In this document: positions 53,453 to 63,789 of the stretch, piece by piece
How the letters are laid out: each line of letters begins with the position of its first letter
How positions within the stretch are numbered: the first letter of the stretch is position 1
Assembly (NCBI GenBank): GCA_963835065.1
Contig: CAWIEK010000049.1
Span: 64,001 to 128,000, forward strand
Direction of reading: 5' to 3'
Length of the DNA: 64,000 bases
Source: an uncultured Chthonomonadaceae bacterium
Lineage (GTDB): Bacteria > Armatimonadota > Chthonomonadetes > Chthonomonadales > Chthonomonadaceae
Translations under genes and position numbers: made by a program
Notes under the pieces: generated by a model
The model's database searches: none
What the model saw: only the letters and a program-made list of their open reading frames with translations
Told to the model about the DNA's origin: nothing

Positions 53453-54130
53453 ATGGCACGAACAGCATTAATCGTACATGGCGGATGGGAAGGGCACGAA
53501 CCCCGGCAGGTGGCGGAAGTCATTGACGAGCTTCTGCGCGGCAAGGGGTTTGAAACAGAAGTATCGGACACGCTCGACGCTTTCAAGGACGCGGAAAAAC
53601 TCATGGAATTGAGCCTCATCGTTCCCGTTTGGACAATGGGCAAAATTTCGGGCGAGCAGCTCAACCCGGTTGTCGCGGCGGTGAAAAACGGCGTAGGCAT
53701 CGGCGGCTGTCACGGCGGCATGTGCGACAGTTTCCGCGAAGCCACAGAATGGCAGTTTATGACGGGCGGGCAGTGGGTGTCCCATCCCGGCAACGCGGGC
53801 GTCACCTACCCGGTCCACATCACCGACCCGAACCACTTCATCACGCAGGGCACGTCGGATTTTCAGGTCACGTCGGAACAATACTATCTGCACACCGACC
53901 CCGGCAACAAAGTGCTGGCGACAACCCCGTTCCCCACACCCGGCGCGGACGGCCCGCATGTCACCAATGGCACGATTACCATGCCCGTCGTCTGGACCAA
54001 AATGTATGGGCAGGGGCGCGTGTTCTACTCGTCCATCGGCCACGTCGCCGCAACCGTCCTCGAACCCGACCCGCTTCGCCTGCTGACTCGCGGCCTGCTG
54101 TGGGCGGCCAAAGCGGAAGATGCGGCGTAG
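53453..54130 (+). CDS. ThuA-like domain protein
   Basis: GGWEGHEP, GGCHGG..DSFR, GGQWVSHPG, SEQYY, GRVFYSSIGH. Confidence 0.88.
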   Translation: MARTALIVHGGWEGHEPRQVAEVIDELLRGKGFETEVSDTLDAFKDAEKLMELSLIVPVWTMGKISGEQLNPVVAAVKNGVGIGGCHGGMCDSFREATEWQFMTGGQWVSHPGNAGVTYPVHITDPNHFITQGTSDFQVTSEQYYLHTDPGNKVLATTPFPTPGADGPHVTNGTITMPVVWTKMYGQGRVFYSSIGHVAATVLEPDPLRLLTRGLLWAAKAEDAA

Positions 54131-54292
54131 GTTGGTGGTTAGTGAATGGTGGTTGGTGGTTGGCAGATTGCGTTTATGATTGTGCGGCAACGCAATCATG
54201 GGCTGCTGCCCGTCCATGCCGGCAGTTGGATATGCCGGCTTGAGCGGTATGGCTTACGTAATACGGAAACTGTTTGGTAAAGGAGTGGGTGC

Positions 54293-55495
54293 ATGGCCGC
54301 AACCTACATTGAGAAAGAAGTGGAGCGCGTCAATCGCAATTTGATGCTTGTCAACGGGGGCATTTTGGCATTGTTCGCGCTGTTTTTTGCGTTTATGATG
54401 CTTGGCGGCGTAATGAGACAGCGTTCCCATGAACAACTTCAGGCTTACGGCGCGGCGCACAGCGCCAATGCGATTTACAGGCAGCCTGCCGCGCTTGACA
54501 GTTCCCATCCGACCCGCATCAGCGCGGCAGAAGTGGCGTCAACGCAGCGTTTGGAAGAACTGGCGGGACATGCCGTTACGTTTTCCGACCCACAGGCGCA
54601 AAACCTGATGTTTCCCGTATGGAACTTTATGGGCAGGGTAACCGGCAAAAACAAGCCGCATATCCCCCCGTACTATCACGTCAGCAGCGCCGGTGGGAAA
54701 TTGCTGCTGATTTTACCTGACAAATCGGAGGCAGGCACGACCTTTACGGGCGTGATTCGGCCCCTGGCAGACGTAGATTTCAACGCCGTTCACCCGGCGC
54801 TGATGGCGCGCGGTTTTCAGCAGGAATTGCAGCCCTTTATTTTGGATTGCCTGTCCCTTTCGCCTCCCGACGGCGCAGCGCCCTTGCCTGTCGTGATGCA
54901 TCCGGTGGGAAATGGGGGGCGAGGGTTCCCCTCGTATGTGGTCGTGTTTGGGCTGTTGGCCACTTTATGCGGCTGGAATGTCGTAAAAGCGTTCAAGCGC
55001 ATTAAAAGCCCGCTGACGCATCCCATTTATACGAAGCTGGCGCAGTACGGCTCGCCCCCGGATTTAGTCCGCGCTATCGAAGCCGAGCGGCAGGCCGGCG
55101 TTACGGTTCTCGCCCCGGCGCAATTCATCTATTCGTGGATGCTGATTCCCTCGTTTTGGAGCCTGGACGTGGTTCCTCTGGATCAACTCGCGTGGGTTTT
55201 CAAGATGGTTACTTTCGTCAACTTCATTCCCATGATGTTCAGCCTGCGCGTTTTGGATCGTGAGGGCAAAGGCCATCCCATTTCTACAAGTGACGCGCAG
55301 ATGACCCGCATCATGGACTACATTGGGCAGGTGCGCCCCTGGGTCATGCTGGGGTACAGCCGCGAACGGCGCGACCTTTTTTCGTGTGACCGCGCCCGCT
55401 TTCTCGCGGAAATAGACGCTCGCCGCCGGCAGTTTCAGCCTGTGCCTATGCCTGCGCCGGTTCCGCTTTCCGGCTATCCTGCGCCACGTCCATGA
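54293..55495 (+). CDS. Membrane protein (DUF6709-like)
   Basis: Two TMs; P..HPIY..LAQYG; AWVFK; PWVMLGYS. Confidence 0.65.
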   Translation: MAATYIEKEVERVNRNLMLVNGGILALFALFFAFMMLGGVMRQRSHEQLQAYGAAHSANAIYRQPAALDSSHPTRISAAEVASTQRLEELAGHAVTFSDPQAQNLMFPVWNFMGRVTGKNKPHIPPYYHVSSAGGKLLLILPDKSEAGTTFTGVIRPLADVDFNAVHPALMARGFQQELQPFILDCLSLSPPDGAAPLPVVMHPVGNGGRGFPSYVVVFGLLATLCGWNVVKAFKRIKSPLTHPIYTKLAQYGSPPDLVRAIEAERQAGVTVLAPAQFIYSWMLIPSFWSLDVVPLDQLAWVFKMVTFVNFIPMMFSLRVLDREGKGHPISTSDAQMTRIMDYIGQVRPWVMLGYSRERRDLFSCDRARFLAEIDARRRQFQPVPMPAPVPLSGYPAPRP

Positions 55496-55696
55496 AGAAG
55501 GGACACCGAATAGGCTATGAACACACATCAGCACACAGCCATCCGCGCAATCTTGGTGGTTGGTGCTTGGTCGCAGTTGATTAGTGTTCGGGACGGAATG
55601 TGCTACTATAATAACTGGAAATCTCGCCACGAAGGTGAGGCCGTTCCGGCTAAGTTCTTAGCTGGGCGTCTGACAACGGTAACACAGGAGTAGGCT

Positions 55697-56087
55697 ATGC
55701 AGCTTCAAATCAGATCGGTTATGGGCAAAGCAGGCGCGCGAAACGGTTTTGCGCTCATCGAACTGCTTGTCGTGATTGCCTTGATTGCGGTGTTGAGCGC
55801 GGGACTGTATACTTTCTACGCGGGGCGCAGCAACGGCAAGCCGGGATCGAAAAAGACGCCGCTGGATGTTACGTATGACAGCGTATGCCTCCAAAAATCT
55901 GGTCAGCGTCCGGCAGTGCATCAAAGCGGAAGAAGCCACGGATGAGGAAAAGCACCCCGCCGCCCTGACCGCTATCAAGTCACTGACTCCCGACCTGCGC
56001 GCCTGTCCCGTCGGCAAAGAGCCTTACGTCTATGACCCGCAAACCGGAGAAGTGCATTGCGTTCATCCGGGGCATGAAAAATACTGA
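55697..56087 (+). CDS. Small type IV pilin/pseudopilin-like protein, frameshift near 55895
   Basis: [42 protein letters not shown]. Confidence 0.8.
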
Positions 56088-56091
56088 AGAT

Positions 56092-56191
56092 GGTATTCAG
56101 GTGTTCGGGAATACAAAAGTACCGAACTTTACTTTACGGCAACTATACTGGCTGAACACCTGAACACCTGAACACCTGAATACCTGAATAC
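56092..56191. repeat. Octamer array (CTGAACAC)n with short inverted arm
   Basis: GGTATTCAGGTGTTC ... (CTGAACAC)3(CTGAATAC)2 just before accC. Confidence 0.8.
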
Positions 56192-56202
56192 CCTCCTCAA
56201 CT

Positions 56203-57564
56203 ATGTTCAAGAAAATTCTGATTGCCAATCGGGGCGAAATTGCCGTTCGCATTATCCGCGCCTGCAAGGAACTGAAAGTAAAAACGGTTGCGGTTCACTC
56301 GACGGCGGATTCCAATTCACAGCATGTTCATCTGGCGGATGAGGCTGTGTGCATCGGGCCACCGCCGCCACGCGATAGCTACCTGAATGATGTCAATATC
56401 ATCAGCGCGGCGCTGATTACGGGCGCGGAAGCGATTCATCCCGGCATCGGGTTTTTGTCGGAGCGGGCCAGTTTCGCGGAAGCCTGCGAAGCGCATGAGC
56501 TGAAGTTCATTGGGCCGTCGGCTGCCGTAATGGAGCGGATGGGCGATAAATCGGTGGCGCGGGAAACCATGCGTGCGGCGGGCGTTCCCGTTGTGCCCGG
56601 CTCCAACGGGCCATTAGAAACGGTAGAAGAAGCGCAGGAATTTGCCCGCAAAATCGGGTTTCCCCTGCTCATCAAGGCGGCGCTTGGTGGAGGCGGCAGA
56701 GGGATTCGGCTGGTTCAAAACGAGGAGGAACTGCCGCGCCAATTCGATATGGCGCGGACGGAAGCCGCCTCTTCGTTCGGCAAGCCGGATGTGTACATGG
56801 AAAAGTTTGTCGAGGAACCGCGCCACGTCGAAGTGCAGATTCTGGCGGACGAACACGGGCATATCGTCCATCTGGGCGAACGCGAATGTTCCATCCAAAA
56901 CCTGCGGCATCAAAAAATCATCGAAGAGTCGCCCTGGGAAAAAATGCCCAACGGCCTGCGTAATAAAATGGGGGATGCGGCAATACGGGCGGCAAAGGCG
57001 ATAGGCTACGCCAACGCGGGAACCGTTGAATTCCTGGTGGACGCCAACCATGATTTTTACTTCATGGAGATGAACAAGCGGCTGCAGGTGGAACACTGCG
57101 TAACCGAAATGGTCACGGGTATTGATTTGGTGAAGCAGCAACTGCGGATTGCATCGGGAGAAAAACTGGCGTTCGGGCAACGGGATATTCGCTGGGAAGG
57201 CCATGCCATCGAGTGCCGCATCAACGCCGAAGACCCCGACCGCAACTTCGCGCCGAGCGCGGGGCGCATTGACCGGGTGGTATTGCCGGGCGGGTATGGC
57301 GTTCGCGTGGATACCCACATCACCGCCGGGTACGAAGTGCCACCTTATTATGATCCCCTGCTGGCAAAAATCATCGTGTGGGACAAAGACAGAGTCGGCG
57401 CGATTGCCCGGATGCAGCGCTGTTTGCAGGAAACCGAGATTACCGGGGTGAAAACTAACATCGCGCTGCAATTGAAAATACTTGCCAACGCTTTTTATCG
57501 GCGCGGCGAACTGTCCACCGACTTTTTACAGCGCCGCATCATTGACGGCAACAACGGCAAATGA
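56203..57564 (+). CDS. accC: Acetyl-CoA carboxylase biotin carboxylase subunit
   Basis: KILIANRGEIA, GGGGRG, ERECSIQ, FMEMNKRLQVEH, RINAED. Confidence 0.96.
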   Translation: MFKKILIANRGEIAVRIIRACKELKVKTVAVHSTADSNSQHVHLADEAVCIGPPPPRDSYLNDVNIISAALITGAEAIHPGIGFLSERASFAEACEAHELKFIGPSAAVMERMGDKSVARETMRAAGVPVVPGSNGPLETVEEAQEFARKIGFPLLIKAALGGGGRGIRLVQNEEELPRQFDMARTEAASSFGKPDVYMEKFVEEPRHVEVQILADEHGHIVHLGERECSIQNLRHQKIIEESPWEKMPNGLRNKMGDAAIRAAKAIGYANAGTVEFLVDANHDFYFMEMNKRLQVEHCVTEMVTGIDLVKQQLRIASGEKLAFGQRDIRWEGHAIECRINAEDPDRNFAPSAGRIDRVVLPGGYGVRVDTHITAGYEVPPYYDPLLAKIIVWDKDRVGAIARMQRCLQETEITGVKTNIALQLKILANAFYRRGELSTDFLQRRIIDGNNGK

Positions 57565-57644
57565 AATAATCTTTGTGTTGATTACATGGGATGGCAACGT
57601 ATAAAGGCGCAAGCGGCTAGTTCGTACCCAACGGAGGTAATTGT

Positions 57645-57962
57645 GTGCTTAGGCTTGGCGACTTGACCCCCGATGAAATCGCGCGTCTTCAGCAAATTGC
57701 TAATGAATACGGTACACCAATTGGCGTGTTCGGCAGCGCCGCGCGTGGGACTCGCAGAGGGGTCGGAACAAGTCTCCCACTTGGCAAAGGACCGGGTACG
57801 CGCAGCGATATTGATCTTGGTATACCAGGACACATGCGAGGCGGGCCAATGGAAGAGGCTCTTAATGGAGAGTTCGGGCCTGACATTGATGCACATGGTA
57901 TTTTGAGCTACTTCCCACCCAAAGGCGCGAACGAAATCGAAATAACGCCCGATGAGGGATAA
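57645..57962 (+). CDS. Minimal Pol-beta-like nucleotidyltransferase domain protein (putative orphan toxin tip)
   Basis: GVFGSAARG...TRSDIDL motif; GGAGG RBS before GTG. Confidence 0.65.
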   Translation: MLRLGDLTPDEIARLQQIANEYGTPIGVFGSAARGTRRGVGTSLPLGKGPGTRSDIDLGIPGHMRGGPMEEALNGEFGPDIDAHGILSYFPPKGANEIEITPDEG

Positions 57963-58092
57963 TTGTTGACAAGCAGTATCTTTGCGCTTTGTCGAATTTT
58001 AAAATGTAAGCACACGACTGAGCAAAGCAGTTTTTAATCTCATGCTCAAATAAAGTGCAAAGATTCTGTACAATGAGTAAGGAACGGCAAAG

Positions 58093-58497
58093 ATGAAAAA
58101 CAACTTTGTTGACAAAGAATATCCGACGCGCGGCATTGATGGCAAGCTGACAGGAGAACGGACGGTGATCAGGTATGCTTCCGATGGCAAAGAGGCTGCG
58201 CGTTTTGGTTATGACGCTTCGGGGCAGGAAACATTTCGTCAGTCTGTTACCTGTAGCGAAAACGACAAAGGGCTTGAAAAAACGGTGTCTACGTTCCGCC
58301 CCGATGGTTCCCTATTACAGAAATCTATCACGTATTTTAATAAAGAAGGGGAAATTTCCGAAATTCTCACAGTAGATGCTGGCGGTAAAGTGTTGGATCG
58401 ACAAGTCTATACTTATTCGCACAACATGGTTGCCTACTCTCATTTTGATGAAACAGAACGGCTAATCGAGGTATGGTCACGCTGCATTAAAAGTTGA
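58093..58497 (+). CDS. Beta-hairpin repeat (MORN2/YD-like) protein, putative immunity protein
   Basis: Recurring Y/F-x-x-D/E-G units (YASDG, YDASG, FRPDG, FNKEG). Confidence 0.55.
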   Translation: MKNNFVDKEYPTRGIDGKLTGERTVIRYASDGKEAARFGYDASGQETFRQSVTCSENDKGLEKTVSTFRPDGSLLQKSITYFNKEGEISEILTVDAGGKVLDRQVYTYSHNMVAYSHFDETERLIEVWSRCIKS

Positions 58498-58500
58498 AGG

Positions 58501-58803
58501 ATGGGGCAACAGGAATCGCGCATGTTCGTATATACGCAGGAAAACATTCAAACTCGTTCGCAGCTCAAGCAGATCGTCAATCTGGCGCAGTGTAGCCATG
58601 TCACCATTCTGCTGTCGGACAAGCATTACATTATTGCGCACTTCGGCAAGGAGGAGCGGGTTCCACTGGCAAAAGCCGACACCCTGCCGGAAGCGGAAGG
58701 GCTGCTGCGCCTGATTTTGCAGTCTATGGAAAATCAAGCGCGGACGCTTGATTTGACCGAACCTAACATTGAGGGGATGCGTCGGGCGCTGATGCCCCGC
58801 TAA
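58501..58803 (+). CDS. Hypothetical protein
   Basis: ORF 3 bp after the previous stop; no recognised motif. Confidence 0.55.
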   Translation: MGQQESRMFVYTQENIQTRSQLKQIVNLAQCSHVTILLSDKHYIIAHFGKEERVPLAKADTLPEAEGLLRLILQSMENQARTLDLTEPNIEGMRRALMPR

Positions 58804-58828
58804 TTTCTCAACATTTCTGAAAAGAACT

Positions 58829-60175
58829 ATGGAGATGAAGAAAATGCGAATAGCTCACATCGGAGTGTTTGCCGGTTTGCTGGCGGTTGGTTTGCCCGCG
58901 ATTGCGCCAATGCAGGCGCAGGCGGCGGAACCTCGCGCCGGACGCGCGCCCCGCAAGGTTTCGCCGTTCTTCCTGAAAGACAATGACCGCGTGGTGTTTT
59001 ACGGCGACAGCATCACGGATCAGCGCCTGTATACCACGTACATTGAAAGCTACTGCGTGACGCGGTTTCCCAAGAAGAACCTGACCTTTGTTCATTCGGG
59101 GTGGGGCGGGGATCGGGTAACGGGCGGCGGCGGCGGGCCGATTGATTTGCGCTTGCAGCGCGACGTACTGCCGTACAAGCCTACGGTCGTAACGATCTGC
59201 CTGGGCATGAACGATGCCAGTTACCGGGCATTCGACCAAAATATTTTCAACACGTATGTGAGCGGCTACCGGCATATCATCGAAACCCTGCAAAAGCAAT
59301 TGCCGGGTGTCCGCCTGACCCTGCTCACCGCTCCCGCTTATGACGATGTGACGCGCGCGCCGGGCTTTGCGGGCGGCATTAACAGTACGCTGGTGGCCTA
59401 TGGCGAGGCCGTCCGGCAGCTTGGGCAGGAGTACAACATTCCGGTTGCCGATACGAACGCGCCCCTTGTGGCTGTTCTGAGCCGCGCAAACACGCTCAAT
59501 CCCCAGGTGGCCTCGAAAATCATTCCTGACCGCGTTCATCCGCAGCATGGCGGGCATTTGATTATGGCGGCTGCCGTACTTAAGGCCTGGAACGCTCCGG
59601 CAACCGTTGCCGACATTGAAATCAACGCGCCAAATGGACAGGTGGAGCGCGCGGAAAATACCCGTATTTCCAGTGTCACGACGGGCGGCGACAAACTCAG
59701 TTTCACGGAATTGGATAACACGCTGCCCTGGCCGCTGGACCGCGACCCGGAGCGGGATGCGGATACGCAAGTCGCCCTGGCTGTAACCGACACCGAACAA
59801 GACTTGAACCGCTATATGCTCAAAGTGACCGGCTTGAAAGCAGCGCGCTACCAATTGGCGGTAGATGGCAAGGCGCTGGGAACCTTTGCAAGCAGTGATT
59901 TAGCGAACGGCATTGATCTTGCAATGCTGAACGGCCTGCCCGCCAATGAGCAGGCGCGTCTTGTCCTGGGCGTGACGCGCAAGCACAACGACCTGCATTT
60001 CCGCAAGTGGCGTCAGGTGCAGTTGGCTGATAAGCGTAAAGGAATTGATGACGTACCCGCCGATGTTCGCGCCCAAATGGACGCGCTGGACGCGCAGGAA
60101 GCCGACGCTGTGAAAGAACAACGCGCCCTGTTAGCGCCCCGCCCCCATCGCGTGGAACTGACGCCGGAAGCGTAG
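58829..60175 (+). CDS. Secreted SGNH/GDSL hydrolase
   Basis: GDSIT, GWGGD, GMND, DRVHP. Confidence 0.92.
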   Translation: MEMKKMRIAHIGVFAGLLAVGLPAIAPMQAQAAEPRAGRAPRKVSPFFLKDNDRVVFYGDSITDQRLYTTYIESYCVTRFPKKNLTFVHSGWGGDRVTGGGGGPIDLRLQRDVLPYKPTVVTICLGMNDASYRAFDQNIFNTYVSGYRHIIETLQKQLPGVRLTLLTAPAYDDVTRAPGFAGGINSTLVAYGEAVRQLGQEYNIPVADTNAPLVAVLSRANTLNPQVASKIIPDRVHPQHGGHLIMAAAVLKAWNAPATVADIEINAPNGQVERAENTRISSVTTGGDKLSFTELDNTLPWPLDRDPERDADTQVALAVTDTEQDLNRYMLKVTGLKAARYQLAVDGKALGTFASSDLANGIDLAMLNGLPANEQARLVLGVTRKHNDLHFRKWRQVQLADKRKGIDDVPADVRAQMDALDAQEADAVKEQRALLAPRPHRVELTPEA

Positions 60176-60177
60176 GG

Positions 60178-60303
60178 AAAGGATGAAGGATGAAGGATGA
60201 ATTTAGGGAACAGGAAACAGGGGACAGGGAACAGAACTCCCGAATACCGAATACCGAACACCCAACACCGCCTTTATCCTTCATCCTTCATCCTTCATCC
60301 TTT
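60178..60303. repeat. Composite palindrome of heptamer arrays (GGATGAA)3 ... (TTCATCC)3
   Basis: Outer inverted arms enclose (GGAACAG)n and (CCGAATA)n arrays. Confidence 0.88.
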
Positions 60304-61626
60304 GCAGAAATTGATTCCGCCCGTGAGGACGAATTCGATACCGTTCTGGAAGTGATGTGCGCCGCGTTTGAATTGCCGTATCAGGTGGCTCGACCTGTCT
60401 TTTATGCCGATCCTTACTTTGACGCGGAAAACAAGCGGGTTTTGCGCGTGGATGGCAAAATTGTATCGTGCCTGACGATTACTTCGGCGCGGTGTCAGGT
60501 GGGCAAAACGGTGCTGCCCATTGCCGGGATTTCGGGCGTGGCGACGCTGCCGGAGCATCAGCGCAAAGGCTATGCAAGCCGCTTGATTGTGGAAACGCTG
60601 CACACGCTGCGCGAACGCGGGGTTGCGCTTGCGGGATTATTCCCGTATGATTACGCTTACTATCGCCGGTTGGGTTGGGAAACGGCCAGTGTCGGCTATG
60701 CTTTTGCCATCGCTCCTGTCAACCTGCCTTCTTACTCTGAAGCTGCCGGAGTGCAAACCGCCGCTCCCGAACACTGGTCAGCCCTTGCAGAGTTGTACAA
60801 TAATTCTTCGGAATCATGGACACTGCGGGCTACACGGGATGAAAAACGCTGGCGATATGTACAGGATCGGGTTGCGAGCGCATGTGTGTATGTTCATGTG
60901 GCGGAAACCGGTGAAACTGTCGAGGGGTACTTGCTGTATGATATACAGCCGGGGCGGGTGCAGATTGGCGCGACGGATCTGGAGCAGCCTCCTGTTTTGC
61001 GCGTGATGGAGTTTTGCGCAAGCACCCTACGGGCGCGGCGCGGATTGTTAGGGCATCTTGCTTTACAGCGTCAGGTGGGCAGGATCGAATATGTCACTAC
61101 GCCACAGCAATTAGAAGCGGTAGGGTTGATGGGACTGTCTTGCCCGAAGGGAATAGACGGACCGTTTGCGCAGATCACGCTTACGCCCTCGTTAATGCTT
61201 CGGGCAGTGGATTTCGCGCGGATTATAGAATCTTTGCGCGTCAATTGGGACGGTTTTGCAGGCGAAATCCTCCTGTCGCTGAAAGATGAACTGCTTGCGC
61301 CCGACAGCGCGAACGTACTGATCAGCGGGGATGGCACAGGATTGCCGAATGTTGTGAATGTCTCCGAAACGAGCGCAGGGGAACGTCTGCCGGGAGAGCG
61401 CAACCCGGCGTCCTTGCCCAATCAGGAAACGGCGGAAAATAAAGCGGAATTAGCGCGCGTGGAGGGCAATGTCGGCGCCTGGTCGCAGGTTCTGGTGGGG
61501 CATGTCAGTGGCGACGATTCCTGCGCGATGGGCTGTCTGCAAGCCTCTGCGCCTGTCGCGGCTGCGCTTGCCGGACAACTCTTTCCTGCCCGTTTTCCGT
61601 TTCTGCCAGTTCCCGATCACTTTTGA
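60190..61626 (+). CDS. Eis-family GNAT acetyltransferase with SCP2-like tail
   Basis: IAGISGVATLPEHQRKGYA, LFP...YYRRLGWE; start uncertain because it lies in a repeat element. Confidence 0.85.
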   Translation: MKDEFREQETGDREQNSRIPNTEHPTPPLSFILHPSSFAEIDSAREDEFDTVLEVMCAAFELPYQVARPVFYADPYFDAENKRVLRVDGKIVSCLTITSARCQVGKTVLPIAGISGVATLPEHQRKGYASRLIVETLHTLRERGVALAGLFPYDYAYYRRLGWETASVGYAFAIAPVNLPSYSEAAGVQTAAPEHWSALAELYNNSSESWTLRATRDEKRWRYVQDRVASACVYVHVAETGETVEGYLLYDIQPGRVQIGATDLEQPPVLRVMEFCASTLRARRGLLGHLALQRQVGRIEYVTTPQQLEAVGLMGLSCPKGIDGPFAQITLTPSLMLRAVDFARIIESLRVNWDGFAGEILLSLKDELLAPDSANVLISGDGTGLPNVVNVSETSAGERLPGERNPASLPNQETAENKAELARVEGNVGAWSQVLVGHVSGDDSCAMGCLQASAPVAAALAGQLFPARFPFLPVPDHF

Positions 61627-61729
61627 TTTGTTGTTGACTTGTGGTTGACTTTGTGGCTTCGCTGATAACCAGACGGCGTTTTAAGCGTCTGTATCTGTTG
61701 AAGTTTTCTTTTGAAAGGAATATCGCGTT

Positions 61730-63595
61730 ATGATTCGTGCCGCCTGTCTTCGCGCTTTCGCGCTGCTTCTCCTGGCCGCAGCAGGCAGTTGGGGAGGGGA
61801 CGCCAAAGCGGAGCAGCCGGAACCTACTGGTTCTAACAAGCAGGCTGAGGTGAAAGTTGTGTCCGCAGCCCCTGCGCTTCAAGCCCCTGCCGCACAGCCT
61901 GCGCCCGCGGTGGGACAGGCGGGAACTCCCGCTGCCGGGCAATCTGCCCCGGCTGCCAATGGAACGAGCGGCGTAATTCTGCCTGCAAACGCTTTTCAAA
62001 CGCCTGCGCAATTGCAGTACAACATTCCGCGCACTCCGGTATTAGGGGGCGTGGTTGATCTGGATTTGAGCAAGCCTTTGTCGCTGGATCGCGCCATTCG
62101 TATCGGCCTGTTGCGGCAAAACTCCATTGCCATTGCGCAAACGCAAATTGATGTCGCCCGCAATCGGCTGGTACAGGCGCGCTCTACCTACTTTCCACAG
62201 GTGACGCCCAGTTTTCAGTATCAATCCACCGTGACGCCCGGACGCCGCACGATTGTCGGTACCTCAACTCCAACAGGAACCACGTCGGGCGTAACGAGCG
62301 CTGCGGGCCTTTCCCGGCAGGCAGGCGGCGGCACGTCAACGGGCAGCGATCCGGGAACGGGTTCCAGCCTGCCCGGAGGTACGGGGACAGGCAACGGAAC
62401 GGGTACGGGAACCGGCACAGGCACAGGGTCAACGACCGGCACGGGTACAGGAACCGGAAGCACCGGGACGGGCACGGGTACAGGAACCGGTACGGGGCAA
62501 ACAGTCGTTATCGGCTCCAATGTGTCCGAAAGCCGCACGGAACTGCTGACAGCGTCACAAAACATTTATGATTCGGGCAAGCGCGAGGCCAATGTGGGGC
62601 AGGCAAGGCGCAATGTGTTCGCGGCGGAGTTCGGTGTGGGCGACACACGCCAAATAGTGGTTCTGAACGTCACCCAAAGCTACTACAATCTGCTGCGCTT
62701 CCGGGAACTGGTTCGGGTTCAGGAAGAAAGCGTTCGCCGCGCGCAAACCACGCTGGAAGCCATACAAGCGCAAGTGCTGGCGGGTACAGCCGCGCAAAGC
62801 GATACCTTACAGGCGCAGTCCGACCTTGCCAACGCGCGCATCAATCTGCTGTCCGCGCAAAACGATGTGCGAAATGGGGAAGCAACGCTCAAAAACGTGA
62901 TGGGCGTTATCGCTTCGCAGCCGCTGGTTCTCGCCGATGAATTTATTCCCACGCCCGACCCTACGCCCGACCCGACGACCATTGACGGCTACACTCAGAT
63001 CGCCTTTGCGAACCGCTTCGATCTGAGGCAGCAGCAGGAAAATATCTTTGCGCAGGGCTACAACGTGCGGATCGCTCGCATCAACAACGGCGTTCAGGTG
63101 AATGCAAGCGTCAACGAAGGTTATCAATTAAACCCGGACGCGGGCGAAGTGCGTTCGTTTGTGGTGGCGTTCTCTTATCCGTTGTTTGACGCCGGGAACA
63201 CGCGCTCTGCCGTGCGGGAAACACAGGCGCAATTGGAGCAGCAGCGCCGCACTCTGGATCAATTGCAGCAGAACGTTCGCCTGGACATCGAACAGTCGTA
63301 CAACACGCGCGAACTGGCGCGGCTGCGCGTGGGCGCGGCCAATCTCGCGGTGCAGGCGGGGCAGGTGAACTTCAATGCCGCGCTGGAAAAGCAACGCAAC
63401 GGCCTTGTCAACATTCTGGATGTGATCAACGCCGAAGTTCAGCTCGTCAACGCGCAGGTTTCGCAGGTGCAGGCGATTTATGACTTTTATGTCGCCGACG
63501 CGCAACTGCGCCGGAATACGGGCCAGAATGACCCGGATTATATTCCCAACGTGCCGGGCAACAAGCCGCCTCGTAGGGAATTCACAAGGAAGTAA
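61730..63595 (+). CDS. TolC-family outer membrane protein with (Gly-Thr)n insertion
   Basis: Signal peptide; LSLDRAI, QNIYDSG, VTQSYYNLL, SYPLFDAG, LDVINAE. Confidence 0.9.
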   Translation: MIRAACLRAFALLLLAAAGSWGGDAKAEQPEPTGSNKQAEVKVVSAAPALQAPAAQPAPAVGQAGTPAAGQSAPAANGTSGVILPANAFQTPAQLQYNIPRTPVLGGVVDLDLSKPLSLDRAIRIGLLRQNSIAIAQTQIDVARNRLVQARSTYFPQVTPSFQYQSTVTPGRRTIVGTSTPTGTTSGVTSAAGLSRQAGGGTSTGSDPGTGSSLPGGTGTGNGTGTGTGTGTGSTTGTGTGTGSTGTGTGTGTGTGQTVVIGSNVSESRTELLTASQNIYDSGKREANVGQARRNVFAAEFGVGDTRQIVVLNVTQSYYNLLRFRELVRVQEESVRRAQTTLEAIQAQVLAGTAAQSDTLQAQSDLANARINLLSAQNDVRNGEATLKNVMGVIASQPLVLADEFIPTPDPTPDPTTIDGYTQIAFANRFDLRQQQENIFAQGYNVRIARINNGVQVNASVNEGYQLNPDAGEVRSFVVAFSYPLFDAGNTRSAVRETQAQLEQQRRTLDQLQQNVRLDIEQSYNTRELARLRVGAANLAVQAGQVNFNAALEKQRNGLVNILDVINAEVQLVNAQVSQVQAIYDFYVADAQLRRNTGQNDPDYIPNVPGNKPPRREFTRK

Positions 63596-63789
63596 GGGTT
63601 GGTAGGGTGTTAGGGTTTTAGGTGGTTACGGTGTTCAGGTGTTCAGATGTTCGGGTATTCAGGGATTGGGCTTGTCTCTAATGCCTAATGCCTAATATCT
63701 AATATCTTGCCTCTAATGCCTTTTCAGAAACGATGCCGGAAGTATGTCGGCTTATGTCACGTGCGCAGCGCGCAAAGGAGATTCAGCAG

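Noticed and set aside
19371..57564. Separation of accB and accC as evidence of a specific inversion
   Set aside because: No matching breakpoint repeats were found, and paralogs elsewhere in the genome cannot be excluded
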